Shown here: piece by piece, positions 1 through 12,594 of the stretch
Numbering within the stretch: the first letter of the stretch is position 1
Layout of the letters: each line of letters opens with the position of its first letter
Origin: Podospora anserina
Taxonomy: Eukaryota
Direction: 5' to 3'
NCBI GenBank assembly: GCA_017654855.1
Contig: CM030332.1
Span: 5,890,001 to 5,954,000 of the forward strand
DNA: 64,000 nucleotides
Notes under the pieces: generated by a model
Database searches by the model: none
What the model saw: the letters and a program-made list of their open reading frames with translations, nothing else
What the model was told of the DNA's origin: nothing
Position numbers and translations under genes: made by a program

Positions 1-208
1 TTTCGACACCGTTATAGGCAGCTTACCGAGATTTCTTACCTATCTATCTAAAGTGGGAAAAGGCTGGATCGTGGTTCGTCTACAATTTTTTTTAGTTTCT
101 CTTACGGAATCTAGATAGAAAATAGTATCCACCCTAAGTCGCTAACGGCCCCGGCCCTATCCAAAGGATAAGCTCCCTTCTATAGAAATCCGGAAGCCGC
201 GCTCGGAG

Positions 209-2671
209 TTATTCCACCCACAGTATATCTATAAGCTGAGAGATTTTAAGGCGCTCCGGCGTATATTGAAGGCAAATTTTAAGAAGCAAATTAAATATTT
301 CCGGCTAGATTTTAGCGAAGATGTAGCTTAAAATTAAGTTATATTTACTCTTCTCTCGAATATTTCGAATTAAGAGATGTTCGTAATAAATCTTGGAAAG
401 TAAATAACGAGTTAATCCTCTACGGTCGTTCTATTTTCACACCCCCCTCCCTCTCCCCTCCCTCCGCCTTCTATACAATATTAATAGAACATTTACTAAG
501 CCCGCGATCTGGGGAAACTTCCGAGCTGGCTAGTGATTTTAACTCCTTACTCTCACCCCCTGCTTACCTATCGACCGAGTGAAAATGCCTTTGCCCCCCA
601 CGCTCCGGTGCTCCTGGGCACCCCTCCCCGCTTTAGCGTTGGAGTACGATCTGAGACTGCGATTCGATTCTAATTTAACTATGAAAAGTTCCCTATTTTC
701 TTAAGTCTTATTAATATCGGGTAAGCCAGCTGCTTTTGATTGAGCAGGGGGCGGTGCTGCTGGGTGATCCGTCCATCCGCCTGCCCAGTCCACACAACGA
801 CACCAAGGATATAAGCCTAGGATGCGCACCATGCTGTCTCTCTGAAAAGTGCACTTTTAATTTCTGTAAGCCACCTCGGTTACCTTATTTTTTGCCTTAG
901 TTATTGCCTTTTGCACCTATTACCGTATTTATTGCCCCTCTCTCCTAGCTACAAAGATGCAGTCCCTTGTCACTAATGCCCAGCTTCATGGGGCCATCGC
1001 CGCATTTATCGTAACCTGGACCTACTATGGTTTATACATCGGAACTGCTTATCGGTACGACCTGTAGTTGTAGAGAACAAGAAAGCATATCTGGCTCGCT
1101 ACACTCAGCGTCTTCCTAGGCGCAGGGCTTGTGCTCGCTGTTATTTTTGCCTTTACTAAACATAGCCCCCTTTGCCATGAACTTGAACGCGGTTTGCTCT
1201 TGGGCTGGCAAATTATAATCTTTCTACCCAACCTCATTGTCCAGGTACTCCTCCGCCTTTCGATTTGTTAAACCTCCGTTAACCTTTATTTAGCTGATGA
1301 TAGGGTCGAGAGTTACCAGCCTAGTTTTTAAAGCTCGTTCCGTCGAAGATAAACTAAACGGTAACATTATCCTTGGCCTGATCGTGACGGCTAAAGCTGT
1401 CCTGTTGGGTCTCGGGAGCTGGAAGATTCTTGAGGGAATGACAATTGAGTTCGCCTGGCTCGCGGCTCTTCCCTTTTATCTCTGCCACTTCCTCTCCGCC
1501 ACTATAACGTTGCGGGGTATAGCACGGGCTGCGATGACTCCAAGGTATTATTTATGGATAGGAGTGCAGGCGGCCGCGATTTTGCTTATTGTTGTTATTC
1601 CATTTGTGGTTCCGGTAGAGTATCAACATTTATCTTACTGCTTTACCTGCATAATTGTGGCTGGTGAACTTGGTGGCTGGAAAGTATACCAGGAACTCAA
1701 GTCCAAGGGGCAGATGACGGGGGGAACGCTACATTCACGTAATCCACTAAAAACTCCCGCAGATTCAAGTCAAATCGGCTCCACCCTCGCACCTATAAGC
1801 GACAGCAACAACTACGTCCCTCATGAAGGCTTAACTAGTGTGTGACTGGAGAGCGATGGTGAGATCTTGAAAGAGGTCAGGAAGTATACTGGGAAGGGTA
1901 GGTTTTGCTTTTTATCTCCCAAACAATGCCATTCTGTACTGATTTGTTATTGCTAGGAGAGCTGTGTATCGATACGGACGAACGTGACTACGTTGCTGCG
2001 GTTATCGATTTCGATGGGCCGGATGGTATTATAGAAAGAACCTCCCACCTACATATTTCCTCCCTGACGTGTACAGAATACATTGAGCCATTGTTATTAA
2101 CAAAACCATTGACACTAGAACACCGTGAGCACTCCAGCCCGCTCTCCCATCGAGCAACCGAAACTGGCTAGGCACCTGCGGCCATGCATCGCGAGTTGGC
2201 AAACGTTGTCTGTATCGTGGAATGATCTCCCCATGTACGGATCAACCTGAGAATCACGGGCGAGCACTTTAGGTGCTGATTAAGCCGGTCGGCTCCCCCA
2301 TCCGGCAACCGGAAGCCATTGCGGGCCGATCAAGCCTACACGCCCGGGGCGCACCAATATTGTAGCCGTGTGCCTGTGTGCCGTGTGTCGTGTGCTGTGT
2401 GTTGTGTCTTGGGGGGTGCATCCACCTGTGATTGGCCTCCGACTGATTGGTCCGGAGCTCCCTGCAGTCCGTGAGCCAGGCCGAGGTGAGCACTCCAGCC
2501 AGCCCCCATCCACCTTTAGGGTCGTCCATTTGAGATAAACAGGGGGGTTTTTACAGTGGAGCTCCTGAACAGGGATTTCTTAGTTGAGCTTTCCAACAAG
2601 GGCTTTTACAAAAGGCTTATAATAAGGATTTTAAAGTGGAGTTCTTTGCATCCGATTGGCTATCACTTATA
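209..2671 (+). repeat. Copy A of ~2.46-kb inverted segmental duplication (partner 27488-29950)
   Basis: Continuous reverse-complement alignment from TTATTCCACCCACAG (209) to TATCACTTATA (2671). The ORF track gives identical translations at 2269-2529(-) and 27630-27890(+). Differences are mostly C>T/G>A. Confidence 0.97.
849..1845 (+). pseudogene. Putative multi-pass membrane protein gene, inactivated by RIP-type stops (copy A)
   Basis: Hydrophobic ORF 1297-1845 plus an upstream hydrophobic frame that is open in copy B (28948-29310) but has TAG TTG TAG here where copy B has CAG TTG TGG. Exon structure is uncertain. Confidence 0.5.
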
Positions 2672-2896
2672 CCATAAAACGCCGGGAATGTCTCGGCTGG
2701 AGAATTGTCACCGTTGCCTGTTGGCCCAGTTTGCTAAGACTCATCTTTTGATACCCTGTGGGTGCGTCGAGCCTGGAGCTTTTTCACCAACACTCGAACG
2801 CGGGGAAATGAAGGGCACGCGCAACCATCAATGCGTGTTCGGCCCACGCCTACAATGGTGGTAATGGGGCAATACTGAGGATGCGTGCACCTGTGT

Positions 2897-4408
2897 TTAC
2901 CCATGAGGTTCCCATCGTGGAAGAACCGGAGCTTTCCCAGCCCCCTCAAGCCAATGACACACCATATTTGCCCACCGCGTGCCGATATTTGCAAAGAAGA
3001 ATCGCTGATCACACTCTGCCTGGCTAAGCTCGGCCCAAATCTCCTGGGCACCGCGCAAATCGATTCTCCAGGTAGAGTCGTTCAATGCAATCTTGATGTC
3101 AGCAACCGAGAGCAGGCAAATAAGGACAGGGAATCCTGGCCCCTGATCAGTAAGTGAGCTCCCTAAGTAAGCCTAATATGCAAGCCTCCAGTCGTTTAAG
3201 GCCTGAAGTAGCGCGAAATACGGCTTACCACGTCGCTGTATGTGACTGATGACCGCCAACCCGAGACAAACTCGTGCAAAGTTGCGCTTGGCCGATAGTC
3301 GAGTGGGGGTGACTTTCTCGTAATCGGCAGAGAGGTCAATGAGCAAATTCTTTGCAAGTTTAATGTCGTCATTGGAACCGTCGAGTCCTCGACCAAGGTG
3401 AAACTCGGCCCGACTTAGGTGCAGGGGCCGTCTACGTGGGCTCGTCGTGATAACCATTCCTGCCAGCAAAGCAATCCCCTTATCCCACAAAGCGAGCTCT
3501 CCGTATGCTGCGATAAGGTGGAGTTTGGAAAGGAACTGAGGTCGAGGTGCAGGATACTGGGAGCTCAGTGGCTCGAGGCACAAGCGCGATTTCTCAAAAG
3601 CACCCTTGTAGCGGCATAGCTTCCCCCTCATCAGGTCAAAGCGGAAGCTCATGATGCTTTCAAGGAGAGAGGGCTGTGCTATATAGGCGGGTGTCCATTG
3701 GTCTAGATACTGCCACGATCGAGAAATATGGCCCTGTTCGGCGGCACTTTGTGCTTGGACAAGCAAGAACTCCCCGAGCAGCGCGTTACCCTTTGTTCTT
3801 GACTCCGCGTTGAAGGTGATGGCTGGTGGTTTGCCGTTCAACAAACGGAGAGCTGCTTGGCGGAGTTGGACAGCTAGGCGGAGGGGTGAGGAAGAAACCC
3901 GCTGTAGCAAAAATTGGGCCACATCGAGGGTTCGCTCCTTCGTGTGGGGAGATCCAAAAGCGGAGGCGGCTATGCACACGTCGACGCCTCTTTTGATTTC
4001 ATCCAAGCTGAGGGTGTCTGAGATCTCGTACAGGGCCGGAAACACCAACGGGAAGAAGGCCTGCCCTTTCTCAATAAACCTATACTGTTAGCACGACAGG
4101 TGGCGGGTAGCCGGCGGGTAGCTCAGTACTTACTTGTCATCAAGTTCCTGGTGGGGAAAGCTGTGCAAGATAAGCCTTGCAGTTTCTAACTGCCAGCATA
4201 TAAAATGTTCCGGGACGCGGCGGAGCTCATTCTGGACAAATGTCCGACATGATGCTTCAAGTGTCAGATCTCGGTCGGCCCACCAAGGGGGACTTTCCGT
4301 GACCAAACTGTCAGTCAGGTGGACGGCGGGGATAGCACACACCACTTGAACGGCCCGGTCTAACCGTACAAAGTTGTTAAACTTCATGATATTTCTACCC
4401 CATTTCAA
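2897..4408 (-). pseudogene. Helical-repeat (TPR-like) protein pseudogene, paralogue of 14874-16603
   Basis: Shares QWTP...QPS.LE..MS.R.DLM.GKL..., LEPLS.QYP and N.GTRW..MV..WLE with the 376-aa ORF. Intron GTAAG(~4133)...CTAAC..TAG(~4080) is at a homologous position. In-frame TAG at 3173-3175 reads through to GFPVLICLL...GAQEIWAEL. The 5' end is missing. Confidence 0.8.
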
Positions 4409-5631
4409 AGCACAGCTAGCTTCATTATTTCGCCTCCGCCCCTTTAACTCAATTTACAATCCACGCCATCCTCACAAAATGAGCTCTACCGTGGGAAGTC
4501 TAATTCATAAATTCTACGATACGCCTTCCTTGACCTCGAACCCGCGACCTAGTGTAAGCCGTAAAGCTTAGGCCGACGCCTATCACACGCTGCATCCGCG
4601 ACATGTAACCTTTCGACAACTTTCTAGGCCCTGGCCTCAGCTATGGCAATAATCACGATCAGCAACTGCCCTCGGAGGCTGACGACATTGGTCTATAGTA
4701 CCCCGCTCATTCTCTGAATCTCCTTCAATAAGAAATTCTAAGCGAAGGCGACGTGACCCGTGACTTCGACCAGAATTTTGAACCGTTCCGTCTAGCGTTT
4801 TCCCATGGGCCGTTTCTTTGGTCCAGATCGCTCTGTGGGCCGACTGGACCGACAAACACATCAGTGACAGTTGACTATCAGCTCACGTGGCCAGTGATCT
4901 TGAGGCCACTGATTGAAATTGAACACCAATAATTGCTTCAAGCCCGTCAGTCAGTCGAATCCACACATCCTCCCAGAGAGTCTAAGCATCGGGAGTTTTG
5001 TGAGCTAAGGCCCGGCTTAGACCATTATATTCTTGCTTGGCCACCACTTCCGCTTTTGTTCCCCGATATCCACTTGATGATGTCCTCCCACCGTGACCAA
5101 CATGAGGGCTTGGGCTTGCACTCTCCTGCTCTCGGATTAGTTAAAGATATATGACGGGGCGGTGTTTTAAAACCTGCCGCAAGCCTCATCCTTGTATATG
5201 AAATTAGTGACATTGCGTTTACGTATTTTGTGAATGATAAGACTATCACTACACCATACTGAGGCAATCCAGCAGAAGTGACCGCAAGAGTATTCACACT
5301 TAATATGTTAGTGTAATCGTTGCTGTTGATGAAAGAACGGCTGACCTGAATATAATCACCCATAATGTCACTGGTGACAAGGTGACCTGGGCGAGTGCGG
5401 TTGAAGGCGGTTGTTCGATAGATCTACCTCACGTCCAAGAGAATATACAAACTGCAGAGCCTGCTGGAAGTAAGGATCACTGCTGGGGATGAAGAAAATC
5501 TGGTCCTTAAGCAAGGATGAGACTTGCAGTAGGACATACCGATATTTAACACAATAAGGACATGGAAAAGCGAGACAGGGGAGAAGAAGGCAGAGAAGGT
5601 GAGGACGACAAGACAGAAGTAATAAAATTCA

Positions 5632-5833
5632 TTGTTGGAAAGCTCAACTAAGGAATCAGGAGCTCCACTGTAAAAACCCCCTGTTTATCTCAAACGGGCA
5701 TGACGGCGAGGTGCCCTCAGCCAATCGTTAGATTAGATAAGGACTAGCCGATCAGGAAGTGATCAGGATGATCGGGCCATGATATTCTATACACGTCAGA
5801 GAGGAAATATGCAGGTGGGAGATACTTTCTATA
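5632..5833 (-). repeat. Diverged, internally deleted inverted copy of part of the 209-2671 block
   Basis: 5632-5694 matches the reverse complement of ~2530-2599 (TGTTGGAAAGCTCAACTAAG...CTCCACTGTAAAAACCCCCTGTTTATCTCAAA). ~5785-5833 matches the reverse complement of ~2030-2080. Confidence 0.8.
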
Positions 5834-5983
5834 CACGTGCTGGCTGTAACCCGCCGCGGCGACACGGCGACATGGATACCTGCAGGGAAAAGACTATTTT
5901 AGAGCGCTGCGGTCATTAGCCATGTACAACGACGTGGGAGGCCGTATTTCGCACTACTTCAGGCATTGAACGATTGGAGACTG

Positions 5984-6210
5984 AAGAGGTAGGGAATCCG
6001 GACCTTCTCGAGGAACTCCAGAATATATATAACCTGCTTACGAAAAAAGGGGCTGTTCATGGGGATCCAAGGCTCCACAACTTTCTACGTGTTGATCAGA
6101 GGATCGTTGCTATCGACTTTGAGTTTTCCTAGCTTCTTCCCAGTGATATAACGAATGAGGATGAATTGGAGACCTTAAAGAGCGAGATTGAGAAACGGGA
6201 AAGGCAGGCA
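5984..6210 (+). pseudogene. Protein-kinase-like C-lobe fragment
   Basis: Manual translation ...KKGAVHGDPRLHNFLRVDQRIVAIDFEFS*... shows an HGD-x4-N catalytic loop and a DFE motif. It has an in-frame stop and no N-lobe. Confidence 0.6.
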
Positions 6211-6370
6211 CTGTCGTACAAAGATACCGTCATCGGGGTAGACCTATCAGAGCCTTAGCCCTGATCTCGGCGGACCAATCGAGCAGCATCTAGCGGTGCC
6301 AGTACTGTAAAATAGACATTAGGCTTGGCATTACCTGGTGGAATGGCGGCCATAATCTCGATATTATAGA

Positions 6371-6426
6371 GGGACCTGAAAGTTGTGTGGGGACCTGAAA
6401 GTTGTGGGGGGACCTAAAAGTTATTG
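6371..6426. repeat. 19-bp tandem repeat x3 (GGGACCTGAAAGTTGTGTG)
   Basis: Directly visible. Confidence 0.85.
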
Positions 6427-7149
6427 TTGGGGAGGAGGAAGAGAGGGGCATAGCAGCCTGGGGTGGTTTTGTCTCTGCCGTCCACATGGATCGCGTTTAG
6501 CAGCCCAGTCGCTCAGTAACCCAGCTATTGAATTATCAGGACGGTCAGGGCAGTAAATTCCGGGGTATCATGTGACTGGCACAGCAGGGGTATCAGGGTT
6601 ATCAGGGTCTAGGCATCGCCCGACCGACTTTAAAAGCGACATCGAACATCTGCAGCTTAATCAACACATTACCCGCCCTACAGCTTCTCATACTCCAATT
6701 ATAAGCACTTCAACCTGTGATACTGTGGATACGTGGCTGTTAGTCTTTCCAACACCAGCTGTGGTGCGAGCACGTGCAAACCGCTTAGCTGCAAGACCAA
6801 AAACTCCACCTGTTAAGTCGTGGCAATCGACTCAAAAAGGCGCCCCACAGCGGCCCGCCGCGTCGCGCCCAGAGATCTACTACGACAGGGGTCATATCCA
6901 GTCCATCCAACGTCCTTGACAATGTCACATACGGAGCTCATCTCGTCTGTTTCTAATCTCACACAAAATACCGAGCCAGAAAATGGTCAGCACACTGGAG
7001 GCGTTAGGGGCTGGTAGCCTTGGACGTCCCCTCTCAGTGCATACCCAATACAAAGCCTCTTCTGTGCGAACGAGTTGTTCTGTGATAAGCCATTGCACCG
7101 ATGCTAAGACGGGAAGTCTACCTTAGCCTTCCTTGGACAGGTTCTTGGT

Positions 7150-8685
7150 GCCCACGTCCTGCTGCCTGAATGGAAGGGCTCTGCATTGAACCGGGAAAAG
7201 TGTCACCGCCGTGGTAAGCGAGAATTTTCCCTACCTTGCTAGTCGTCGCATTTAATCTCACCTACCCCGCCCGTCGGATCTCGTCCACCCTGTTTGTGAC
7301 TCAAAATCTCGCCCATCAGAGGATGTACTTGCATAAACCCGAGAAAATGTGTGGTTGGGAATATTAATACCCTCCGCTATGCTTGCCGCCAATGGAGTTG
7401 AACCTCACCGCTTGCACCTATTTGGACGTAAGTCCAAGCGGCCATTCCTTAAACTTAGCGACAAGGCGTCCTATCCGTTTCACTTATTTACACGCCCGCC
7501 TGGGACTTATACATTACCGCCGTAATAAGCGAGAAGGTTCCCTACCTTACTAGTTGTCGCATTTAATCTCGCCACCTTCGAATCCTGCCTACCCCCGCTT
7601 ATAACTTCGCATCTCGCTATCCTGCCAGGGCGACCTCGAATCCCTCTTACCTCGCACGTAACCTCAAATCCCGCCCACCCCGCTCGTGACTTCGAAATCC
7701 TGCCCACTCCACCAGTGACCTCGATTTCGCTCACTTGACCGCCTTGGGAACTTGACCGCCTTGGGAACTTGACCGCCTTGGGACTCTGTCGCATTATGTC
7801 TGTCAATTTGCTGGAGGATATTGAGCGCGACTTAGATAAAATTAAAGAACTCTGGGATATCGATGTCCCAGATAGCACTCTCGACAGGATTTCGCAGAAA
7901 CTCTCGTCACTGAAAGCCCAAGTTAGCGTCCAGAAATCGTTGCAAGCCACTACGAACTTACTGCGACAGCAACAGGTTGGAAAGGCCCTCCCTAACTAAC
8001 GGGCAACGGGGGTGAAGCACTTAATTCGTTTCGTCTTTAGAAAGGAGAGTCGCGGAGGAGGCAGGTATAAGCAATTGCGAGATTGGGACTGCAATGCGCT
8101 GAAGTTTTTAGGCTTGTTTTATTCGATTGAAGAAATCGTGAAGCTGGAGGATGCAGAGTTTGAGCTTCTTCGAACACGTGGTCCGGAATTTTTCCGTCGC
8201 CGTAAGCTTTCCCACCTTCTCTATCGCCCCGATATCGACAAAGCCGTTGATGCCATAGTCAACAATCCCGATGACGACGAGTCATACGATAAATTCATGC
8301 AAGGTACTGAATAAGGCAACTTGAAATAGGCCAGACGCTAACTGGGCCAGATCATACAACCACTCGGCTACAGATGCGCAAGCGGAAATTCGATGCTGTT
8401 GAAGGTGATGGCGCAGCAGACAACCAGGCTGCAACGTGCGATAAGGCGGGGCCAAGTCAGGGTACGTTACCTCTCTCCGCTATACGATAGAGAGCTAACA
8501 GGAAAAGCGTCGACAGAGAAAAAGGCGGCAACGAAACTGTATGAGGGAAATGTCTTTATTGTCAGCAAAGATGACACTCAATATATAGTGTCCAACGGTG
8601 ATCATGTTGGGGAAATATGGTTGACAAATCCAGGAGGGGATTACAAAGCCTACGATGAGAAGAAAAGGTCGTTCCTCACGCTTTG
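7150..8685 (+). repeat. Copy A of ~1.5-kb inverted segmental duplication (partner 39049-40680)
   Basis: Reverse-complement identity from GCCCACGTCCTGCTGCC to GTTCCTCACGCTTTG. Near-identical ORF translations (MSVNLLEDIERDLDKIKELW...). Confidence 0.97.
7796..8685 (+). pseudogene. Inactivated, 3'-truncated copy of the hypothetical gene at 38988-39938
   Basis: CAA>TAA at 7997-7999 (LPN* versus LPNQRATG in the other copy). Homology breaks at RSFLTL, before the native stop. Confidence 0.85.
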
Positions 8686-8695
8686 CCTGCACGCG

Positions 8696-8843
8696 TGCAA
8701 GGCACAAAATACGAAGAAAATAAAAGTCGATGTCCCCTCTAAAATAGAATGTCAGAAGCAAACCGCTTATATACATGATCCCTGACCTCCCCGAATCCCC
8801 ACTTCCATACTCATACCCTCAGGCCTGTGGCCGCACCCCAAAC
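8696..8843 (+). repeat. ~148-bp inverted repeat (partner 24289-24435)
   Basis: TGCAAGGCACAAAATACGAAG...GCCGCACCCCAAAC is the near-exact reverse complement of 24289-24435. Confidence 0.93.
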
Positions 8844-9426
8844 CAGTACCGCCTCTCTAAATAATAAGTCCGAGCGTCGAAGCTCTACGGTTATTAAAGC
8901 TGAGGATCCCCACAGACCAAAAGACCTGACACCAACCTCTCGCTAGCAATTAGCCTCTTCATTTGCCGTCAGGAATAACTCAGACCAAACCTTTCACGAC
9001 ACGCATCCTCAGGTAGAAAGCATCGAAACTGCGTTCTTCACCAGTAGAAGACAACCATCTTCGGGGGACATGGTGCAGCCCGATGCCATCTGTCACACAT
9101 CTGTGCTGTCTTGGTCTTGCCTATCTAGTAGAAATGAGATTTGTGGCCGCACCACAACCCAACTCTTGCTAATTTTAGTGAAGGAGGTCCCCAGCGACAA
9201 AGCATCTTTCAAGATAACAGTCTTTGGTGCTGTATTACCATTCGGCCAAAAATATGAAAAGAGACAAATGACACAGAGAATTAGAGATTCCTGAGCGGTT
9301 AAAAGATCGCACCTCTTTTGTCTTGCCGCTACATATTCTTCCTGACAAGCAGTGTGTCTTTGGGATGGTCCATCTTTTAATCTGCGAGGTGGTCAGTCGA
9401 GTTTTTGCAGGAGGTAAACACCCAAC

Positions 9427-9990
9427 TTACATCTTGTCTCTCTCTATCCTTGCCTCCCAAGACACTTGTGAATAGTGTACATTCCATTCGAAAATATACG
9501 AGAATGCCACTGAGAAAAAACCCATAACAATGGCGGTAAAAAGGACATTTATATCGGGCCCAAAAAAGAGTGTGCATAGGCCGGTCAGTGTGGGAAACAC
9601 ATTAAAAAGAACGGCGGAAAAAAAGCTGTCGAGTGCCTCCGACTTCGTTAATGCCTTGATGTGATCTGGTTCCAAGGCCGAGTGCCAATCCTTGAGATGG
9701 GCTTGTATCTGTGTGTCTATGCAAGCTGTCGTTTGAAGGCAAACCCGCTTTCCGGAGAGTGTCAAAGCAAGATGAAGTGCAATGTATGCTTCGGGTTTGT
9801 CGGGTGGTAGCAACGTTGGAGGAAAGGCAGGCAGACTGGAGGAAAGGAGTGCAAAAATAAGGCAAGTGATAAGCGTAACAGAGTTGTGTTGAGCAATTTT
9901 GAATAGCAAACTGGCTCCTCGCCTAGCTGTGTGGCGGGGACGACGGGCAAGGAGCGGTTGCTGGGCCTCCAAGTCTCGCAACATGGCCAT
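9427..9990 (-). CDS. Hypothetical membrane protein
   Basis: 187-aa ATG ORF with a DLEAQQPLL N-terminus and several hydrophobic stretches; no family recognised. Confidence 0.4.
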   Translation of the reverse strand: MAMLRDLEAQQPLLARRPRHTARRGASLLFKIAQHNSVTLITCLIFALLSSSLPAFPPTLLPPDKPEAYIALHLALTLSGKRVCLQTTACIDTQIQAHLKDWHSALEPDHIKALTKSEALDSFFSAVLFNVFPTLTGLCTLFFGPDINVLFTAIVMGFFSVAFSYIFEWNVHYSQVSWEARIERDKM

Positions 9991-12594
9991 GGTTGTTCAA
10001 TGGCCCGGAAAAGCATTTTGCAAAACGAACAGAACGGATTGTTCCCTCTATTATACAACAGCTCAGACGCGCTCTCGCTGAGATATCACGGGCTGCCACC
10101 GAGTGCATTGCCGACAGTCAGTCATCGACGACTGCAGCTGCAAAAACCCGCAGGATGCACTCCGGACTTAGCGTGTCCAGGGTACACTGTACAGTACCCA
10201 CTCGTCTGCAAGGGAAGTTTCGCGGCAGAGTAATCCTTGCCAGCAAGATCGCCGTGGCGCGGGATGTTCGAGGAGGTTTAAATCTGAATATCCCCTCAGG
10301 GAATCGAACTTCTCCATTGCCAACTAACCTACCATCATGGACTGGATTAAGGACACTCACTTACTCGCATCCTTCTTTTTCTGTTCTCTTCTCTCTTTTG
10401 TCTTGTGCGATATCTTCCTTTTTCCCTTACTGCAAGGGTCGGACCAGGACATCGAAGTGGGCAGGCTTTATATCCTTCGTGATGCTCTGCCTGGCGACCA
10501 TATCCCTTGTTATTGCTGCGGCAGTGAAGCCCGACGTTGCGTCACGTTACTTCGGCGTGTGTTGGAAGATTATTATATTCATCTCTATCGCTGTTGGAGA
10601 GGTAGGTGCAACTATCCGAAGCTCCCTCGATATGTACATGCTAACAACGGGCATGAAGAATGTCGTGATAGCTCACCCTCTTGTCAGAAGTCGACTCGAG
10701 AAGACCGACCCCACCGGCAATCACCCTATCGAACAATGATTGCATCGACCCTGTCAGAAATTACCGGTTCTGGAGCGCTGCTGCTGCTTCGTTCGTTGCA
10801 TTTATTTTGACAGTAGTCTTTCTAGGACTCGATTATGCCAGTGATAAGTTGTTAAATCTCGAGTATCAAAAGCAGACGTACTGAAATGTTTGTATTCCGG
10901 GACGCTGATTGGTCCAGATAAAAATTGGCCCAGTCGACGGTTAAAGGGATGTCAACTTGAGATGGGGTTGGTGCGCTTCTTCCATGCGATCTGGACTTGA
11001 AGCAAGCCGCTGGACCCACTCTTGCACCGCACTAACTATTTATAGTTAAGTACTCCGTGAACCCCCACCCTGTACCAACGAACAATGACTGTGGCGTCGG
11101 TAACCTTTCCCGTTTTTTATCTACCAACAAAACGGTGGGAGAATCAAAATCAAGTTTCCCATCAATGGTGGAACTGGAAGCTTTCCCAGGCTTGGGCCAC
11201 CCATAACCGGCGTGTTGCTGAATTGAGCGTTAGTAGGCAAGCCAGACACTTATCAAGAAGGCATTAGAAACATACATATAGTGTGACGGTGGTCTCGGGG
11301 CAGATTGGTAGGTGTCCGGCTCATGCTGTAGTTGATAGCTCTGAGTCTCCAGAAAAGATGACCACAATGGCGGAGAATAAAACGGAGGTTCGGCTACCAA
11401 TACTGCCTTGGATGGCGCCAGCATTGCCGACGAGCTCGCTGTTAGGCCGGCCACGGGTGAATAAACAAAGGGCAAAAGACTGCTTCCAGATTCCATTGCT
11501 ATTATTATAAATAAGTATACACTGTTCGTCAAAGATGGTGGGCCCATGGTTGGCATACCTGACTCCGGGTCGTGAGATACAGTCAAAGCACTGGAAAGGT
11601 GTTAATAATAGTTTCTTTGTGTGGGGCTTAGGCAAGTGCCCTTCCTTTCCTTTGTTGTCATTCCGCTTTTTCGTGCCTATCGTTTTGAGAGCTGCCATGG
11701 ACACGGTTGCGTGGCACCTTGTCCAACCGCTGTCGAGAAAGCCCTCGACTCGCCCGTGCAGGCTTCATACCGAATGGATGCAGTTTATATCGAACTGTCG
11801 GGGTGTCGAGAGTATATTCTTCGGGGAAGGCCGTTTCCCTGTCTGGCTTGCTTTGTTGAGCCAGGGACGCTGTGAGCGATGGGCTGATATCGATAACGAT
11901 AAAGGATAAGGGGAACGGTCTAACCTTGAAAGGAAAGTCATGTGACGAATCGGGGCGCAGACCGCTTGCAGATGCAGCTTCCGAGTCAAGGTCAGAATGT
12001 GTGTGACGAGAAGTGAGGCCAAAAAGCAGGCGAAAGCTAATGAATATATCAAACCTAATAGGTGAAAAAGGAAAGCTACAAAAGTGTGTGAATCCAACAG
12101 AAAACCAGCCCGAAGAGCAACAACCTGGTCTGGCAAAAGGTGGGCCTGGGAGCACCGCTGTCATTAACTTCCCAGTCAGAATGAACATTCAGTACAAAGA
12201 TCGCCCAGTATATGAGTCCAGGAAGGTTGCGTCAATTTCCCAGTCTCAGAAAACATTACTCTCAAAGAGGAACCACAATTGTGCTCCGACTTGGACTTTA
12301 TCTTTAAGAAAGACCTATGGATGTCCTTATGATTAAGAGTAACAATGGCGACCGGAGATTGTTTAATATCTGGCTAAGGTTCTGCAGTTTCCAAGCGCCG
12401 TTTGTGGAGCGCTGAAACACGACACTGGATTGTAGCGTGTGCCTATACGACTCCGAAAACAGCTCCCAGCGGCCAGGGTAGACGCGATCGACCACTTACA
12501 GTACTGTACCTCCCGTCAGTTTCAATCTCTTGTTAAAATCGGTCCTCTGGTTTACATATAGTTAACGTCCAGCCGTGCACAACCTTGGTTACCT

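Noticed and set aside
1905-2529. ORFs 1905-2171 and 2269-2529 and their twins at 27630-28254 as genes
   Set aside because: Their recurrence is explained by the DNA duplication; no protein features or credible starts
9993-12336. Cluster of overlapping medium ORFs
   Set aside because: Some hydrophobic stretches but no recognisable domain or consistent exon structure, so not called
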